This document shows positions 29,116-39,074 of a DNA stretch of 64,000 bases, in pieces. The notes under the pieces are model-generated. The model was not told the DNA's origin and made no database searches. It saw only the letters and a program-made list of their open reading frames with translations. Every line of letters starts with the position of its first letter. Positions within the stretch are counted from its first letter, which is position 1. The translations under genes were made by a program, and so were the position numbers. This DNA comes from an uncultured Alphaproteobacteria bacterium (lineage in GTDB: Bacteria; Pseudomonadota; Alphaproteobacteria; Rhizobiales; Xanthobacteraceae), in assembly GCA_963743405.1 (NCBI GenBank), contig CAVUPX010000013.1, positions 287,472-351,471 on the forward strand, written 5' to 3'.

Positions 29116-29205
29116 CTATCGGCCCGGTTCGGTTAGTTCCTCCAGGCCAAGACAAGTCCCGAGGCCGCATATCGTCGCGGCAAGCCCGGTTCGAGGTTAA
29201 AAGCA

Positions 29206-29865
29206 ATGCCTGAGATCATCTTCACCGGCCCCGCCGGTCGTATCGAGGGGCGATATCATCCTGCGCGGCAGAAGAACGCGCCGATCGCCATTGTCCTCCA
29301 TCCCCACCCGCAGTTTGGCGGGACGATGAACCATCCCATTATTTACCAGCTCTACTACGCCTTCGTTCACCGCGGCTTCTCGGCACTGCGATTTAATTTC
29401 CGTGGCGTCGGACGCAGCCAGGGTTCGTTCGACCACGGTCAGGGCGAGCTGTCTGACGCGGCTTCTGCACTCGACTGGGCGCAGACCATCAATCCGGAGG
29501 CCAAGAGCTGCTGGATCGCCGGATTCTCGTTCGGCGCCTGGATTGGCATGCAGCTACTGATGCGCCGACCGGAGATCGAGGGATTTATCTCGATTTGCCC
29601 GCCCGCCAACCTCTATGACTTCTCCTTCCTGGCACCCTGCCCATCGTCGGGCCTCATCATCCATGGGGACAAAGACGCGGTGGTGCCGCACAAGGATGTC
29701 ACGACCCTGGTCGATAAGCTCAAGACCCAAAAGGGCATCGTGATCGAGCAAAAGGTTGTGCAAGGCGCCAACCATTTCTTTGACGGCAAGGTAGAAGCGC
29801 TGCTTACTTCGATCAGCGCTTACCTCGACAAGCGGCTGAAGACCGAGCGCAAGCCGGCGGCATAA
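29206..29865 (+). CDS. alpha/beta-fold hydrolase (small, single-domain)
   Basis: 219 aa with IVLHPHPQFGGTMN, the nucleophile elbow GFSFGA and a C-terminal HGDKD...ANHFF pattern. Confidence 0.8.
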   Translation: MPEIIFTGPAGRIEGRYHPARQKNAPIAIVLHPHPQFGGTMNHPIIYQLYYAFVHRGFSALRFNFRGVGRSQGSFDHGQGELSDAASALDWAQTINPEAKSCWIAGFSFGAWIGMQLLMRRPEIEGFISICPPANLYDFSFLAPCPSSGLIIHGDKDAVVPHKDVTTLVDKLKTQKGIVIEQKVVQGANHFFDGKVEALLTSISAYLDKRLKTERKPAA

Positions 29866-29953
29866 ATTCTCGCCGGCGCATTCGGTTTGCGGCGCCTGAA
29901 GCGTAGTCGGCGTGCGACTAACGACGCACGAATGCCTCCCCACGAAGTCACCC

Positions 29954-30415
29954 ATGCTTCTTGTTAAAACTTATATCGGAAAAAGCGCCATTCACGGATT
30001 TGGTGTTTTCGCGGGCGAAGCTATCCGTAAGGACACAAAAGTTTGGCGCTTCGTCGAAGGCTTCGACCGCGTCTATTCGCCAAGCCAATTCGCCAAACTG
30101 CCTAAGCCAGCGCGCGACTACATCAAAAATTACGGGTACCGCGTGGACGGTGAGATCCTTCTGACGATCGACCACGATCATCATATGAACCATTCGGAAG
30201 ACGCAAACACCCAGTGGCGCAATGGCTACATCGTCGCGCGCCGCAGCATCCGCAAAGGCGAGGAGCTCACGAACGATTACCGGGAGTTCGAGCCTGGATT
30301 TTGCGCAGCGTTCTTAAAGAAAAAGCGAAAATCGAAGCGGGCGCCCCGCGCTAAGGCCGCGCCACTACCCCACCGTTCAGTGGCTTCGGGGTTCCGGTTG
30401 TCTTTGGGAAAGTAA
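29954..30415 (+). CDS. SET-domain protein (putative protein-lysine N-methyltransferase) with a basic C-terminal tail
   Basis: ORF 29912..30415, ATG at 29954. SET signatures GFGVFA, MNHSEDAN (NHS) and GEELTNDY are present. The C-terminus reads LKKKRKSKRAPRAK.... The last 65 nt overlap the anmK remnant on the other strand. Confidence 0.8.
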   Translation: MLLVKTYIGKSAIHGFGVFAGEAIRKDTKVWRFVEGFDRVYSPSQFAKLPKPARDYIKNYGYRVDGEILLTIDHDHHMNHSEDANTQWRNGYIVARRSIRKGEELTNDYREFEPGFCAAFLKKKRKSKRAPRAKAAPLPHRSVASGFRLSLGK

Positions 30416-30740
30416 TAGGCAAATCGTTGAGCACTCGCACGGCGAGATAAGCGAAAGCCTGCGCCTCGATCGACTGTGAGGACCAGCCCGCGTCTGACCG
30501 TGAAACCCAACAAGGTCGACATCCGACTTTTTGATGCGCTCGGTTTCGAGGAAGGCTTCGACGGCCTCTGCGTGGACACGGGTGACAAATTCGTCAGCCT
30601 CCGCCAGCACACCCGGACGTTGCCACCGGTCGGAGAGCGTCGCGCCTTCCACGAGCGCCCGCCGCAGCAGGTCGCGCTCGGGCGTCGGAGTAAGGCCCGC
30701 TCATCAGCCCGATCGCCCTGACAACCCCCAAAATCTGCCC
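30351..30740 (-). pseudogene. anmK: anhydro-N-acetylmuramic acid kinase remnant (two internal deletions plus a frameshift)
   Basis: Three reading-frame pieces on the minus strand are AnmK-like: AIGLMSG (30716-30696); PYSDA(+1 nt)ERDLLRRALVEGATLSDRWQRPGVLAEADEFVTRVHAEAVEAFL...DLVGFHGQT; and the C-terminal AGWSSQSIEAQAFAYLAVRVLNDLPITFPKTTGTPKPLNGGVVARP-stop (30491-30351). About 130 of roughly 370 codons remain. The position divergent from tyrS is typical for anmK. Confidence 0.75.
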
Positions 30741-30817
30741 CTTCGGTTGAATCCGACGCCGGACCTGTTACACCACCCGCGGACAAAACCGACACGGCCG
30801 CGACTCGAGAACCCGTC

Positions 30818-32062
30818 ATGAGTGCCTATAAATCGGATTTTCTCAACGTTCTGGCGGAACGCGGATTTATTCATCAGGTGTCGGAACCCGACACCCTCGA
30901 CGCGCGTGCCAAGGCTGGCGCGATTACCGCCTATATTGGATTCGATTGTACGGCAGCCTCACTCCACATTGGCTCGTTACTGCCAATCATGATGCTGTAC
31001 TGGCTGCAGCAGACCGGACACCGGCCGATTGCGCTGATGGGTGGCGGCACAACGCAAGTCGGCGATCCGTCCGGTAAGGACGAGAGCCGCCGGGTTCTCA
31101 CCGACGAGACCATCAACGAAAATCTCAAAGGTATCCGCGCAGTTTTTTCGAAATTTCTGAAATTCGAAGGCGCCGGCGGCAATGCCGTCATGAGCAATAA
31201 TGCCGACTGGCTCAACAAGCTCAATTATATCGACTTCCTGCGCGACGTGGGGCGTCATTTCTCGGTTAACCGCATGCTTTCCTTCGACTCGGTAAAGTTG
31301 CGGCTCGATCGGCAACAGGAACTCTCCTTCCTCGAATTCAACTACATGGTGTTGCAGGCCTACGATTTTGTAGAGCTCAGCAAACGTTACAATTGCATCC
31401 TGCAAATGGGCGGCTCCGATCAGTGGGGCAATATCGTCAATGGAATCGATCTCGGCCGCCGGATGCTCAACGCACAACTGTTTGCGCTGACTGCACCGCT
31501 GATTACGACTTCGTCCGGCGCCAAGATGGGTAAGACGGTCGCCGGCGCTGTCTGGCTCAATGCCGACCTGATGACTCCGTATGACTACTGGCAATTCTGG
31601 CGCAACACGGAAGATGATGACGTTGCTCGTTTCCTGAAACTGTTCACTGTGTTGTCACTCGATGAGATCAAGCGCTTGGGCGCGCTCAAGGGCAATGAGA
31701 TCAACGAGGCCAAGAAAGTGCTCGCAACTGAGGCCACCGCACTCGTCCACGGCCGCGCCGCTGCCGATCAGGCGGCCAAGACCGCACAAACCACGTTCGA
31801 GCAAGGCGGGATGGGCGACAATCTGCCGGCAATGGAAGCCAAAGTCGGAGATGGAATTCTGGCTGCAAGCACAAAAATGGGATTTACAAGTTCGAATAGC
31901 CAAGCGCGCCAATTCATAAAAGACGGTGCGATCTATTTAGGTGACGAAAAAATCACCGACCCAAATTACAGATTTCGGGAGCAGGATTTTGATAAAGACG
32001 GCCGCGCTCTTCTCCGCGTCGGCGCAAAAAAGCGTGGAATATTGACGCGTGCCCCCGAGTAA
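30818..32062 (+). CDS. tyrS: tyrosine--tRNA ligase
   Basis: 414 aa with a HIGH-type motif (LHIGSL), a KMSKS-type motif (KMGKT) and a C-terminal S4-like domain. Confidence 0.95.
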   Translation: MSAYKSDFLNVLAERGFIHQVSEPDTLDARAKAGAITAYIGFDCTAASLHIGSLLPIMMLYWLQQTGHRPIALMGGGTTQVGDPSGKDESRRVLTDETINENLKGIRAVFSKFLKFEGAGGNAVMSNNADWLNKLNYIDFLRDVGRHFSVNRMLSFDSVKLRLDRQQELSFLEFNYMVLQAYDFVELSKRYNCILQMGGSDQWGNIVNGIDLGRRMLNAQLFALTAPLITTSSGAKMGKTVAGAVWLNADLMTPYDYWQFWRNTEDDDVARFLKLFTVLSLDEIKRLGALKGNEINEAKKVLATEATALVHGRAAADQAAKTAQTTFEQGGMGDNLPAMEAKVGDGILAASTKMGFTSSNSQARQFIKDGAIYLGDEKITDPNYRFREQDFDKDGRALLRVGAKKRGILTRAPE

Positions 32063-32077
32063 AGCGTCGTTGCCGCG

Positions 32078-35000
32078 CTAACGGGAGGGCGGAGCGAAAC
32101 TTGGATCGAACGTCCCCGGCGAAGGAATAAACTTGCGCAGCAGGCCAGGCGCAATCGCACTCACCGGATTGACGGTAATGCGCGGCGCTCCGGGCGGGCC
32201 AACCGCCTCGTAGTTGATGCCAAGCAATCCCTCTTTGTTACCGCCACCAAGGAACAGCCCGACAATCGGGATTTGCCCGAACATATTGTTGAGGCCGTAG
32301 AACGGCACGAAAGTGCCGCGCAAATGCACATCGTCGCGCGTGTAGTCGATGTTCCCTTCGACCGTTGCACCCACCAGCGGTCCGCGCACGACGCCATCGC
32401 GGACGGCCATCTTGCCGGGGAAGCGAGTGAAATCAGCGCGCATCTCGCTGAAATCGACGCCCGTCGTTCCAACGGCGCCAGGGGCCCCCGACACCACTCT
32501 GTCGAGCGCGGGCTCTCCACGTACAGCAAAGGTTCGAATGTAAAGCGTTCCGACTTGCGGCGATTGCTCCTGAGTTGGCGGATCCATTGCGACCCACATC
32601 TGCCCGCCGAACATGCGTGGGTACATGTCGGTGAACCGGAACAGCGACCCCGCGTCATCAGTCTCGAAATAAATAACCTGATGGCTATCACGAGCGCGCA
32701 CGCGTAGATCACCATTGAGGGGCGTATCGCGGCCAATTTTGCTCGACATTGAGAAAGCACGAATATGGCCGCTGCGTCGCGACATTTTCAGATCAAGCCC
32801 GCGTAGGGTCTCGCCATTGTGCCCCGCCACAGTGCCGACCTTGATTTCAAGATCGAGATCCTCCTGCTTCTGTTTGGCCTTGTCGGTGGATGCCAATGTC
32901 GACTTCACAAAATTTCGGCCGTCATAAATATCTCCGCGCATAGCTACGCGCAGCGCGCCGTCGGTCCCGCGGTCTGCTTTCAAGGTGAGCTTGTCGCCGT
33001 CGGACAAGGCAAACACCGGGAAATTTGCCGACACAAGCTCGTTCGAGTTGTCGAATTCGACCGAGCCGCGCACCGTCGCGCCAGATCCGTCAATGCTCAA
33101 GTCATCGATGCGAACCGATTTTCCAGTTTTCAGCATCGTGTAGGTCGCACGCGCAGGCCTACCAGCCGCCTTCACCCAGCCGGGCAAAAGATTATCGATC
33201 TTCACGGGCGTTAGATCTGCTTCCACGCTCATACTTTCGTCACTGACGTTGTCGCCGACACGCCCTACGATTTTAATTGGAATTGCGCCGGTAACTGTCG
33301 TGCCGAGATCCATTCCGAGGCGGCGGCGCGCAGCTTCGTCGATGGTCGACTGCATATGCAATTCGGCGTCGACATCGCCTTTCTGCTTGCGCACATCGAT
33401 CGTCGCAGGCGTGCCGTTGACCTTCACGTCGCCTTTTATCTGAAACCCGTCGTTCGTCGCTGTCGCCCTGAGTATTGGTGCTTCGACTTTTTGACCCAGC
33501 AACATTTTATCGGCAGCAAAATTTGTGAGGTCCGCGCTGATAATGTAACTCGACGCGTCTTCCGGCATCGGCTTCGCTATTACCAATTTCACCGCAACCT
33601 GTGCGGCAATAGTGCCGCGCGTCGTTGCCGGGTCGAGCGTAATGCCCACCGTGTCACGCAAGCCATCGCTTGCTAGAAGCGCCGCAGCCGCTGGAACGCC
33701 GCCGTCAATACGGAAACTCGCCCGCGCCGGTGCGGGCTTGGGATGCGTATCAGGAACCTCGAACACGCCACTGGCTATATTGAGTTTGCGTCCTGGCGCG
33801 GCCTCGACAGTGCCACGGCCGAGACTAACAACGGCGTTGCGGCCAATGACGCGGAGTGTGAGATCGGCATCACGGATCGACGGCAAATATGATATCGGCC
33901 GCAAAGTCGTTCCACTTGTCTCAATGTCAATCGACAACCCGTCCTCCGGCATCGGCGGGCCATTGTGCTTGAAATCCTCCAAAGGCGCGTTGCCTGCGAC
34001 CAAAACGCGCTCGACCATGCCTCCGGAAATATGCTCCTCCACCCAGTCGCGGACGTCGATGGCAGCAAATATTGGCCAAAGCCGCTTCAATGCCGATACC
34101 GGCATGCGCGTGCCGGCGGCGCCGAAGGCGATACGCGGCTCGCTGCCGGCATAATCGAGACTGCCAGTCACTGCCATACCGATATTCTGCGATGGGCGCG
34201 TATCGATACGTCCGAAATCACCTTGTTCGACCTCTATGCGCTTGCGTGTCATGTCGATGCGCGCGCGCACCGCTAAGCGGTTGATAGCTATGCCCTCGTC
34301 TTCGGCCGTTGCACCAGGAGCAAGGATGATCGGATCGATCACGTTGTCGCCGCGCGTCACAGCGAGCAGCCAGGTGCCATTCTGTTCGGGTGGGGCATCC
34401 AGTGTGGCGCGCAAAGTGAATTGATTGCCGCCAGACTGAACCTGAAATGGCACAACCAAGCTGTGCCGGCGCGCGTCCCAATTGAACCGGAAATCAGCGT
34501 GGTCGATTTTGACTTTGAGTCTGTCGTTGTCGCGGTCGGTGATCGTTCCCGCGTCGGCGATGAGTTGGCCATTCACCACTTGGGGCGTACCATCCGCCGA
34601 AACGTCAGCGCGGACGCTTGCTGATATGGGCAAATCGACATCAAACACGCCCGCATTGAGTCGCATTGCCAGCATGATATCGCGCGTGGAGACCTTACGC
34701 GCTTCAATGCCCACGGCACGAACACCATCCGCAAGTGGGCGCATTGCAGCGCTCAACACCCAAGGACGCTCAAGGTTATCAGACTCAAGCCGAAAGACGA
34801 CGCCGCCCTGACGCGGCCGGGTCAGGCTGGCGTTGATGCCGTCAAACGTCCAACGCTTTCCATTGCGTCGGTCGTCAACAACTAGATTTCCATTTTTTAA
34901 ACCGAGCTCGCGCAGGTCGTGGCCGTCGAGGCCGCTCTCACCGACCGCATCAAGCCGGGACATAACGCTGGCCAGACTCTCAAACTCGGCGCGCAGTGGC

Positions 35001-35632
35001 GTGGCGGCAGGAGGCGGTGCGCCGGCAGGTGGAGGTTTGACTGTCGGCGCCGCGGTCGCGATTGGCCGCGTGTCGGCACCGGCGAAAACAGTTAAGCGGC
35101 CGTCCGTCTCAATTCGCACGGACATTTCGGCCCCAACGAGATTGAGGCTCTGGGCGCGCAATTGCCCCATAAGCAAGCTCCGGCCCGAGAGCCCAACCTC
35201 GGCTTTCGGCGCACTCGCCACGATCGTGCCGTCGCCATCACGCACGACTATGTCGCGCAAGCGGAGCGAAGTGCGGCCCCTTTCATCACGCTCGAGCTGA
35301 GTGCCGCCGACGGACACGCTGTGATTGCCGCCGAAGTTTTCCTCTATCGCCGCCTTTAGCCACGGCGTGGCGACATTCAGTTCGATCGGGCCGCTCGATA
35401 GTCGCCACCAGAGACCGAGGACCACGACGGTCGCCAACACGATACAAATCGCAAAGCCCCAACCTAAACGTCTCACAAAGCGGGATCGCAGGAGGTTGAC
35501 CGTTCGATATCGCAGGCCGTCCCAGGGCCGGCGACCGACACGACGCGCCATACGCTTTTGATGCGTCGCATGGCCGACTGCGACTGCGTGGGCTCGATGC
35601 CCGTGTCCGTGTTCTTGTTCAGTGCCGGTCAT
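32078..35632 (-). CDS. large AsmA-like/YhdP-family (DUF3971-type) envelope protein
   Basis: 1184 aa with a single N-terminal TM segment (GWGFAICIVLATVVVLGLWW) followed by a long beta-rich region. The C-terminus (...GINYEAVGPPGAPRITVNPVSAIAPGLLRKF) is AsmA-like. The start is uncertain: a His-rich leader versus the internal Met at 35551. Confidence 0.7.
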   Translation of the reverse strand: MTGTEQEHGHGHRAHAVAVGHATHQKRMARRVGRRPWDGLRYRTVNLLRSRFVRRLGWGFAICIVLATVVVLGLWWRLSSGPIELNVATPWLKAAIEENFGGNHSVSVGGTQLERDERGRTSLRLRDIVVRDGDGTIVASAPKAEVGLSGRSLLMGQLRAQSLNLVGAEMSVRIETDGRLTVFAGADTRPIATAAPTVKPPPAGAPPPAATPLRAEFESLASVMSRLDAVGESGLDGHDLRELGLKNGNLVVDDRRNGKRWTFDGINASLTRPRQGGVVFRLESDNLERPWVLSAAMRPLADGVRAVGIEARKVSTRDIMLAMRLNAGVFDVDLPISASVRADVSADGTPQVVNGQLIADAGTITDRDNDRLKVKIDHADFRFNWDARRHSLVVPFQVQSGGNQFTLRATLDAPPEQNGTWLLAVTRGDNVIDPIILAPGATAEDEGIAINRLAVRARIDMTRKRIEVEQGDFGRIDTRPSQNIGMAVTGSLDYAGSEPRIAFGAAGTRMPVSALKRLWPIFAAIDVRDWVEEHISGGMVERVLVAGNAPLEDFKHNGPPMPEDGLSIDIETSGTTLRPISYLPSIRDADLTLRVIGRNAVVSLGRGTVEAAPGRKLNIASGVFEVPDTHPKPAPARASFRIDGGVPAAAALLASDGLRDTVGITLDPATTRGTIAAQVAVKLVIAKPMPEDASSYIISADLTNFAADKMLLGQKVEAPILRATATNDGFQIKGDVKVNGTPATIDVRKQKGDVDAELHMQSTIDEAARRRLGMDLGTTVTGAIPIKIVGRVGDNVSDESMSVEADLTPVKIDNLLPGWVKAAGRPARATYTMLKTGKSVRIDDLSIDGSGATVRGSVEFDNSNELVSANFPVFALSDGDKLTLKADRGTDGALRVAMRGDIYDGRNFVKSTLASTDKAKQKQEDLDLEIKVGTVAGHNGETLRGLDLKMSRRSGHIRAFSMSSKIGRDTPLNGDLRVRARDSHQVIYFETDDAGSLFRFTDMYPRMFGGQMWVAMDPPTQEQSPQVGTLYIRTFAVRGEPALDRVVSGAPGAVGTTGVDFSEMRADFTRFPGKMAVRDGVVRGPLVGATVEGNIDYTRDDVHLRGTFVPFYGLNNMFGQIPIVGLFLGGGNKEGLLGINYEAVGPPGAPRITVNPVSAIAPGLLRKFIPSPGTFDPSFAPPSR

Positions 35633-35800
35633 GCGCTAGGTCGCGCCCCTCGTCTGACGCAACATACGAATACGGCCCGAGCCGGCAGCCTGATGAACAC
35701 CCGGCGCGGCCCGTGGCACATATCTGTGGAACCCGTTGCGCCCCTCCGACGCAAATGGCATGTGCGACATGACCGCTCGAAAACGACGAAAGGAAGGCAC

Positions 35801-36268
35801 ATGCGGGAGCTTGTTGAGGGCACAAAAGCCCCTGCCTTTACCCTTCCTCGGGATGGCGGCGGCAAGGTCTCGTTGAAGGACTTTAAGGGCCGCAATCTCG
35901 TCCTCTATTTCTATCCGAAGGCCGATACGCCCGGCTGTACCAAAGAGGCGATCGCATTCTCGCGGCTTCGCGCCGATTTCGCCAAGTCAGATACCGTGAT
36001 TCTCGGGGTTTCGGCCGACCCGGTGGAAGCCCAGGATAAGTTTAAATCCAAGCACAAGCTCGCTATCGCGCTCGGATCCGACGAGGCCAAAAACATGCTC
36101 ACAGCTTATGGAGCGTGGGGAAAGAAATCGATGTATGGCCGCACCTACATGGGCGTCATCCGGCGCACGTTTCTGATCGATAACGGAGGCCGCATCGTTC
36201 GGATATGGCCTAAGGTGCGGGTGCCCGGCCACGCGGAAGAGGTCCTTTTGGCCGTCCGTAGCCTCTAA
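35801..36268 (+). CDS. bcp: thiol peroxidase / peroxiredoxin Bcp
   Basis: ORF 35558..36268. The ATG at 35801 is preceded by AGGAAGG. 155 aa with the peroxidatic Cys in YFYPKADTPGCTKEA. Confidence 0.9.
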   Translation: MRELVEGTKAPAFTLPRDGGGKVSLKDFKGRNLVLYFYPKADTPGCTKEAIAFSRLRADFAKSDTVILGVSADPVEAQDKFKSKHKLAIALGSDEAKNMLTAYGAWGKKSMYGRTYMGVIRRTFLIDNGGRIVRIWPKVRVPGHAEEVLLAVRSL

Positions 36269-36394
36269 TGCCCGGCAATTGCTAAGGAATCTCAGCGGCC
36301 CCAGAACTGGATTACCGGTTTTTTAACCATATGGGATTGATATCGGGACTGCTGGCCAGCGGCCCCCACCCGGCCGAACAGGCACGGAGTGTCG

Positions 36395-37735
36395 ATGCCG
36401 CAATCGTCCCCTTCGTATTACTCGAGCGCCGACCATGCAGGTCGTCATGCGCATCCACGGGCGCAGTCAGCCGGCGCGATATCCCGTCATCTCCATCGAA
36501 TCCAGGACGGCTACACACTGACACATGCCGGCCATCAGGTCCGCATAGGACCGGTCGCGTTCTGGATCGTCGTCGGCACGTTGGTGGTGATGGCGGTGTG
36601 GTCAATTGCAACGGGCAGCTATTTCACATTTCGCGACAACGTCCTCACACGGCTGATCGGCCGTCAGGCTGAGATGCAATTCGCCTATGAGGACCGTATC
36701 GCCGAGCTGCGCGCTCAGGTCGATCGCATCATGAGCCGCCAGCTGCTCGATCAAGAACAGTTCGAGCAAAAGCTCAATGCGCTGCTGCAACGGCAAGCGA
36801 CACTTGAGCAACGCACGTCCGCACTCACCGGCGATTTATCGACGACCGGCGCAATTAAACCGGCACGCATGGCACCACCAGCCGCGACGTCCGCTGAAAA
36901 GCTGCTGCGGCCATCACCGATCAATGACACGGTGATTTTCGTCGCGCCCCCGGATCGCGAGGCGCGGCTACAATCGCGCGAAATACCGACAGCTGCCACT
37001 CGCACCGCCGAGGGCGCTAAAACCGGCGGCCTTAACGGTATGCTCTCGCGAGTATCGCTGTCACTCGACAAGATTGAGCAAAAACAGGCGGCAACACTTA
37101 CTGATCTCGAAGAGCGCATAGACACACGAGCACGCCGGATGCAGAGCGTACTTGCCGACCTTGGGGTCGACACTGTCCGCGCACCTAACGGCACAGCCGT
37201 TGGCGGCCCGTTTATTCCTCTCAGGCCGCCTCAATCGGGTGCCAGCGCGTTCGAACGCCAACTCTATCGTATCAATGTCGCCCGTGCGCAAATCAATCGC
37301 TACAGCACCACTCTTGTGGCAGTACCTGTTCGCAAACCTGTGATCGGCGAAGTTGATATGAGTTCGCCGTTCGGCATGCGGATGGATCCGTTTCTAGGTC
37401 GTCCGGCTATCCATACCGGCATCGATTTGCGCGGCGAATTTGGCGAGCCTGTGCGAGCAACCGCTACAGGCCGGGTGACCATTGCAGGTCGAGAGGGTGG
37501 CTACGGCAATATGGTCGAGATTAGCCACGGCAATGGCCTTGCAACCCGTTACGGCCATTTGTCCCAAATCGATGTGAAGATTGGGCAAATCGTGCGTATC
37601 GGCGAAGCCATTGGCAGAATTGGTTCGACTGGCCGTTCTACCGGCCCTCACCTGCACTATGAAACGCGGATCAATGGCGAAGCGGTCGACCCGCAGAAGT
37701 TTCTGCGCGCGGGACTAAGACTCGGCGATGTTTAA
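36395..37735 (+). CDS. M23-family peptidoglycan DD-metalloendopeptidase with a coiled-coil region
   Basis: ORF 36389..37735 (GTG). The ATG at 36395 has GGAG 5 nt upstream. One TM segment, a coiled coil, and a C-terminal LytM domain (HTGIDL..., GYGNMVEISHGNG, GSTGRSTGPHLHYE). Confidence 0.85.
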   Translation: MPQSSPSYYSSADHAGRHAHPRAQSAGAISRHLHRIQDGYTLTHAGHQVRIGPVAFWIVVGTLVVMAVWSIATGSYFTFRDNVLTRLIGRQAEMQFAYEDRIAELRAQVDRIMSRQLLDQEQFEQKLNALLQRQATLEQRTSALTGDLSTTGAIKPARMAPPAATSAEKLLRPSPINDTVIFVAPPDREARLQSREIPTAATRTAEGAKTGGLNGMLSRVSLSLDKIEQKQAATLTDLEERIDTRARRMQSVLADLGVDTVRAPNGTAVGGPFIPLRPPQSGASAFERQLYRINVARAQINRYSTTLVAVPVRKPVIGEVDMSSPFGMRMDPFLGRPAIHTGIDLRGEFGEPVRATATGRVTIAGREGGYGNMVEISHGNGLATRYGHLSQIDVKIGQIVRIGEAIGRIGSTGRSTGPHLHYETRINGEAVDPQKFLRAGLRLGDV

Positions 37736-37770
37736 AAGAATTGGCGGCGCTCCGACAACCAGCGCCCTCA

Positions 37771-38902
37771 CTACTCGACGTCCTCAATCTGATCTGGCCC
37801 GCCTCCAAACGCTTTCTGCGCAAGCGCCGCCTGCATAAATTCGTCCAGATCACCGTCGAGGACGCCCGTGGTGTTTGACGTTGAAACACCAGTGCGCAGA
37901 TCTTTCACCATTTGATACGGTTGCAGAACGTAAGAGCGGATCTGGTGTCCCCAGCCGATATCCGTCTTGGCAGCCTGTTCGGCGGCGGCTTTGTCTTCGC
38001 GTTTCTTCATCTCCATTTCGAAAAGTTTGGCGCGTAGCATGTCCCATGCCATCGCTCGATTGCGGTGCTGGGAACGATCCTGCTGGCACTTCACGACGAT
38101 GTTTGTTGGAATATGCGTAAGGCGGACCGCCGACTCTGTTTTGTTCACATGCTGGCCGCCGGCGCCGCCCGACCGCATCACGTCGGTGCGTACGTCGTTT
38201 TCGTTGATATCGATCTTGATGCGGTCATCGACCACCGGAAACACGACGACGCTTGCAAACGACGTGTGGCGCCGCGCGTTGGAGTCGAATGGCGAAATGC
38301 GTACCAGCCGATGCACGCCATTTTCACTCTTGAGCCAACCATATGCGTTATGCCCCTTGACCATGACGGTCGCGGATTTGATCCCGGCGCCCTCGCCCTC
38401 GCTCTCTTCAATCCAGTCGACTTTATAGCCGTGCGCTTCTGCCCAACGCACATACATGCGCATGAGCATGCTGGCCCAATCCTGACTTTCGGTACCACCA
38501 GCACCGGCGTGAACTTCAAGGTAGCAATCGTTCGCATCGGCTTCGCCAGATAGCAATGCCTCGAGCTCGCGCCTCGCCACCTCAGCCTTCAGCCTTTTCA
38601 GCGCGGCTTCTGCCTCAGAGACGGTTTTATCGTCCTTCTCGCCCTCGCCGAGGTCGATCAAGGTGATTTGGTCTTCGAGTTCTTGCTCAATGCGGCCAAT
38701 GGCTTTGAGCTGATCGTCAAGCGCATCCCGCTCGCGCATGACACGCTGCGCGCGCGCTTGGTCGTTCCAGAGATTTGGGTCTTCGGATTCTTTATTTAGC
38801 TCGGCGAGGCGCCGGGTCGCGGCATCGACGTCAAAGATGCCTCCTCAGCAGTCGCACCGACTGCTTGATTTCCTCGACCAAGTTCTGTGTTTCCGCGCGC
38901 AT
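37771..38902 (-). CDS. prfB: peptide chain release factor 2, requires the programmed +1 frameshift
   Basis: ORF0 runs from the ATG at 38902: [23 protein letters not shown] then UGA (38833-38831). The +1 frame continues [24 protein letters not shown]... into the 322-aa ORF 37771..38739, which carries SPF and GGQ motifs. The joined product is 376 aa. Confidence 0.95.
38830..38848 (-). other. prfB recoding site: SD-like AGGAGG, CAU spacer, CUU UGA C
   Basis: The mRNA reads CUG AGG AGG CAU CUU UGA C, the canonical autoregulatory +1 frameshift cassette. Confidence 0.9.
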
Positions 38903-39074
38903 CGACTCGTACCTCACCAGAATTGTTCCGCATGTAGCGTTCTTGAACTCGTGCTGCAACCCTCATTACCCGCAGCAAGCAATCTACTCGCATTCCCGGA
39001 ACCATGCTCGCGCGCATGCATTGACGGTTCAGGAGCACACCACTCCCTCACTATCAGCCACAATGAGGAAACCC

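Noticed and set aside
29121-29195. Direct repeat GCCCGGTTCG (29122 and 29184) with a tRNA T-arm-like look (GGTTCGAGG)
   Set aside because: No cloverleaf can be drawn, there is no acceptor-stem complementarity, and the T-loop consensus GGTTCGAATCC is not met. It is probably chance or promoter-region sequence.
30277-30819. 180-aa and 91-aa minus-strand ORFs (30277..30819, 30377..30652)
   Set aside because: They are read-through frames across the decayed anmK remnant. Only short pieces are AnmK-like, and those lie in three different frames. They are not intact genes.
38903-39074. Possible EcfG-type general-stress promoter (GGAAC at 38997-39001) upstream of the DUF892 gene
   Set aside because: The nearest GTT-type -10 element (CGGTT at about 39024) is about 23 nt from GGAAC, whereas the consensus needs 16-17 nt. 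The motif does not fit.
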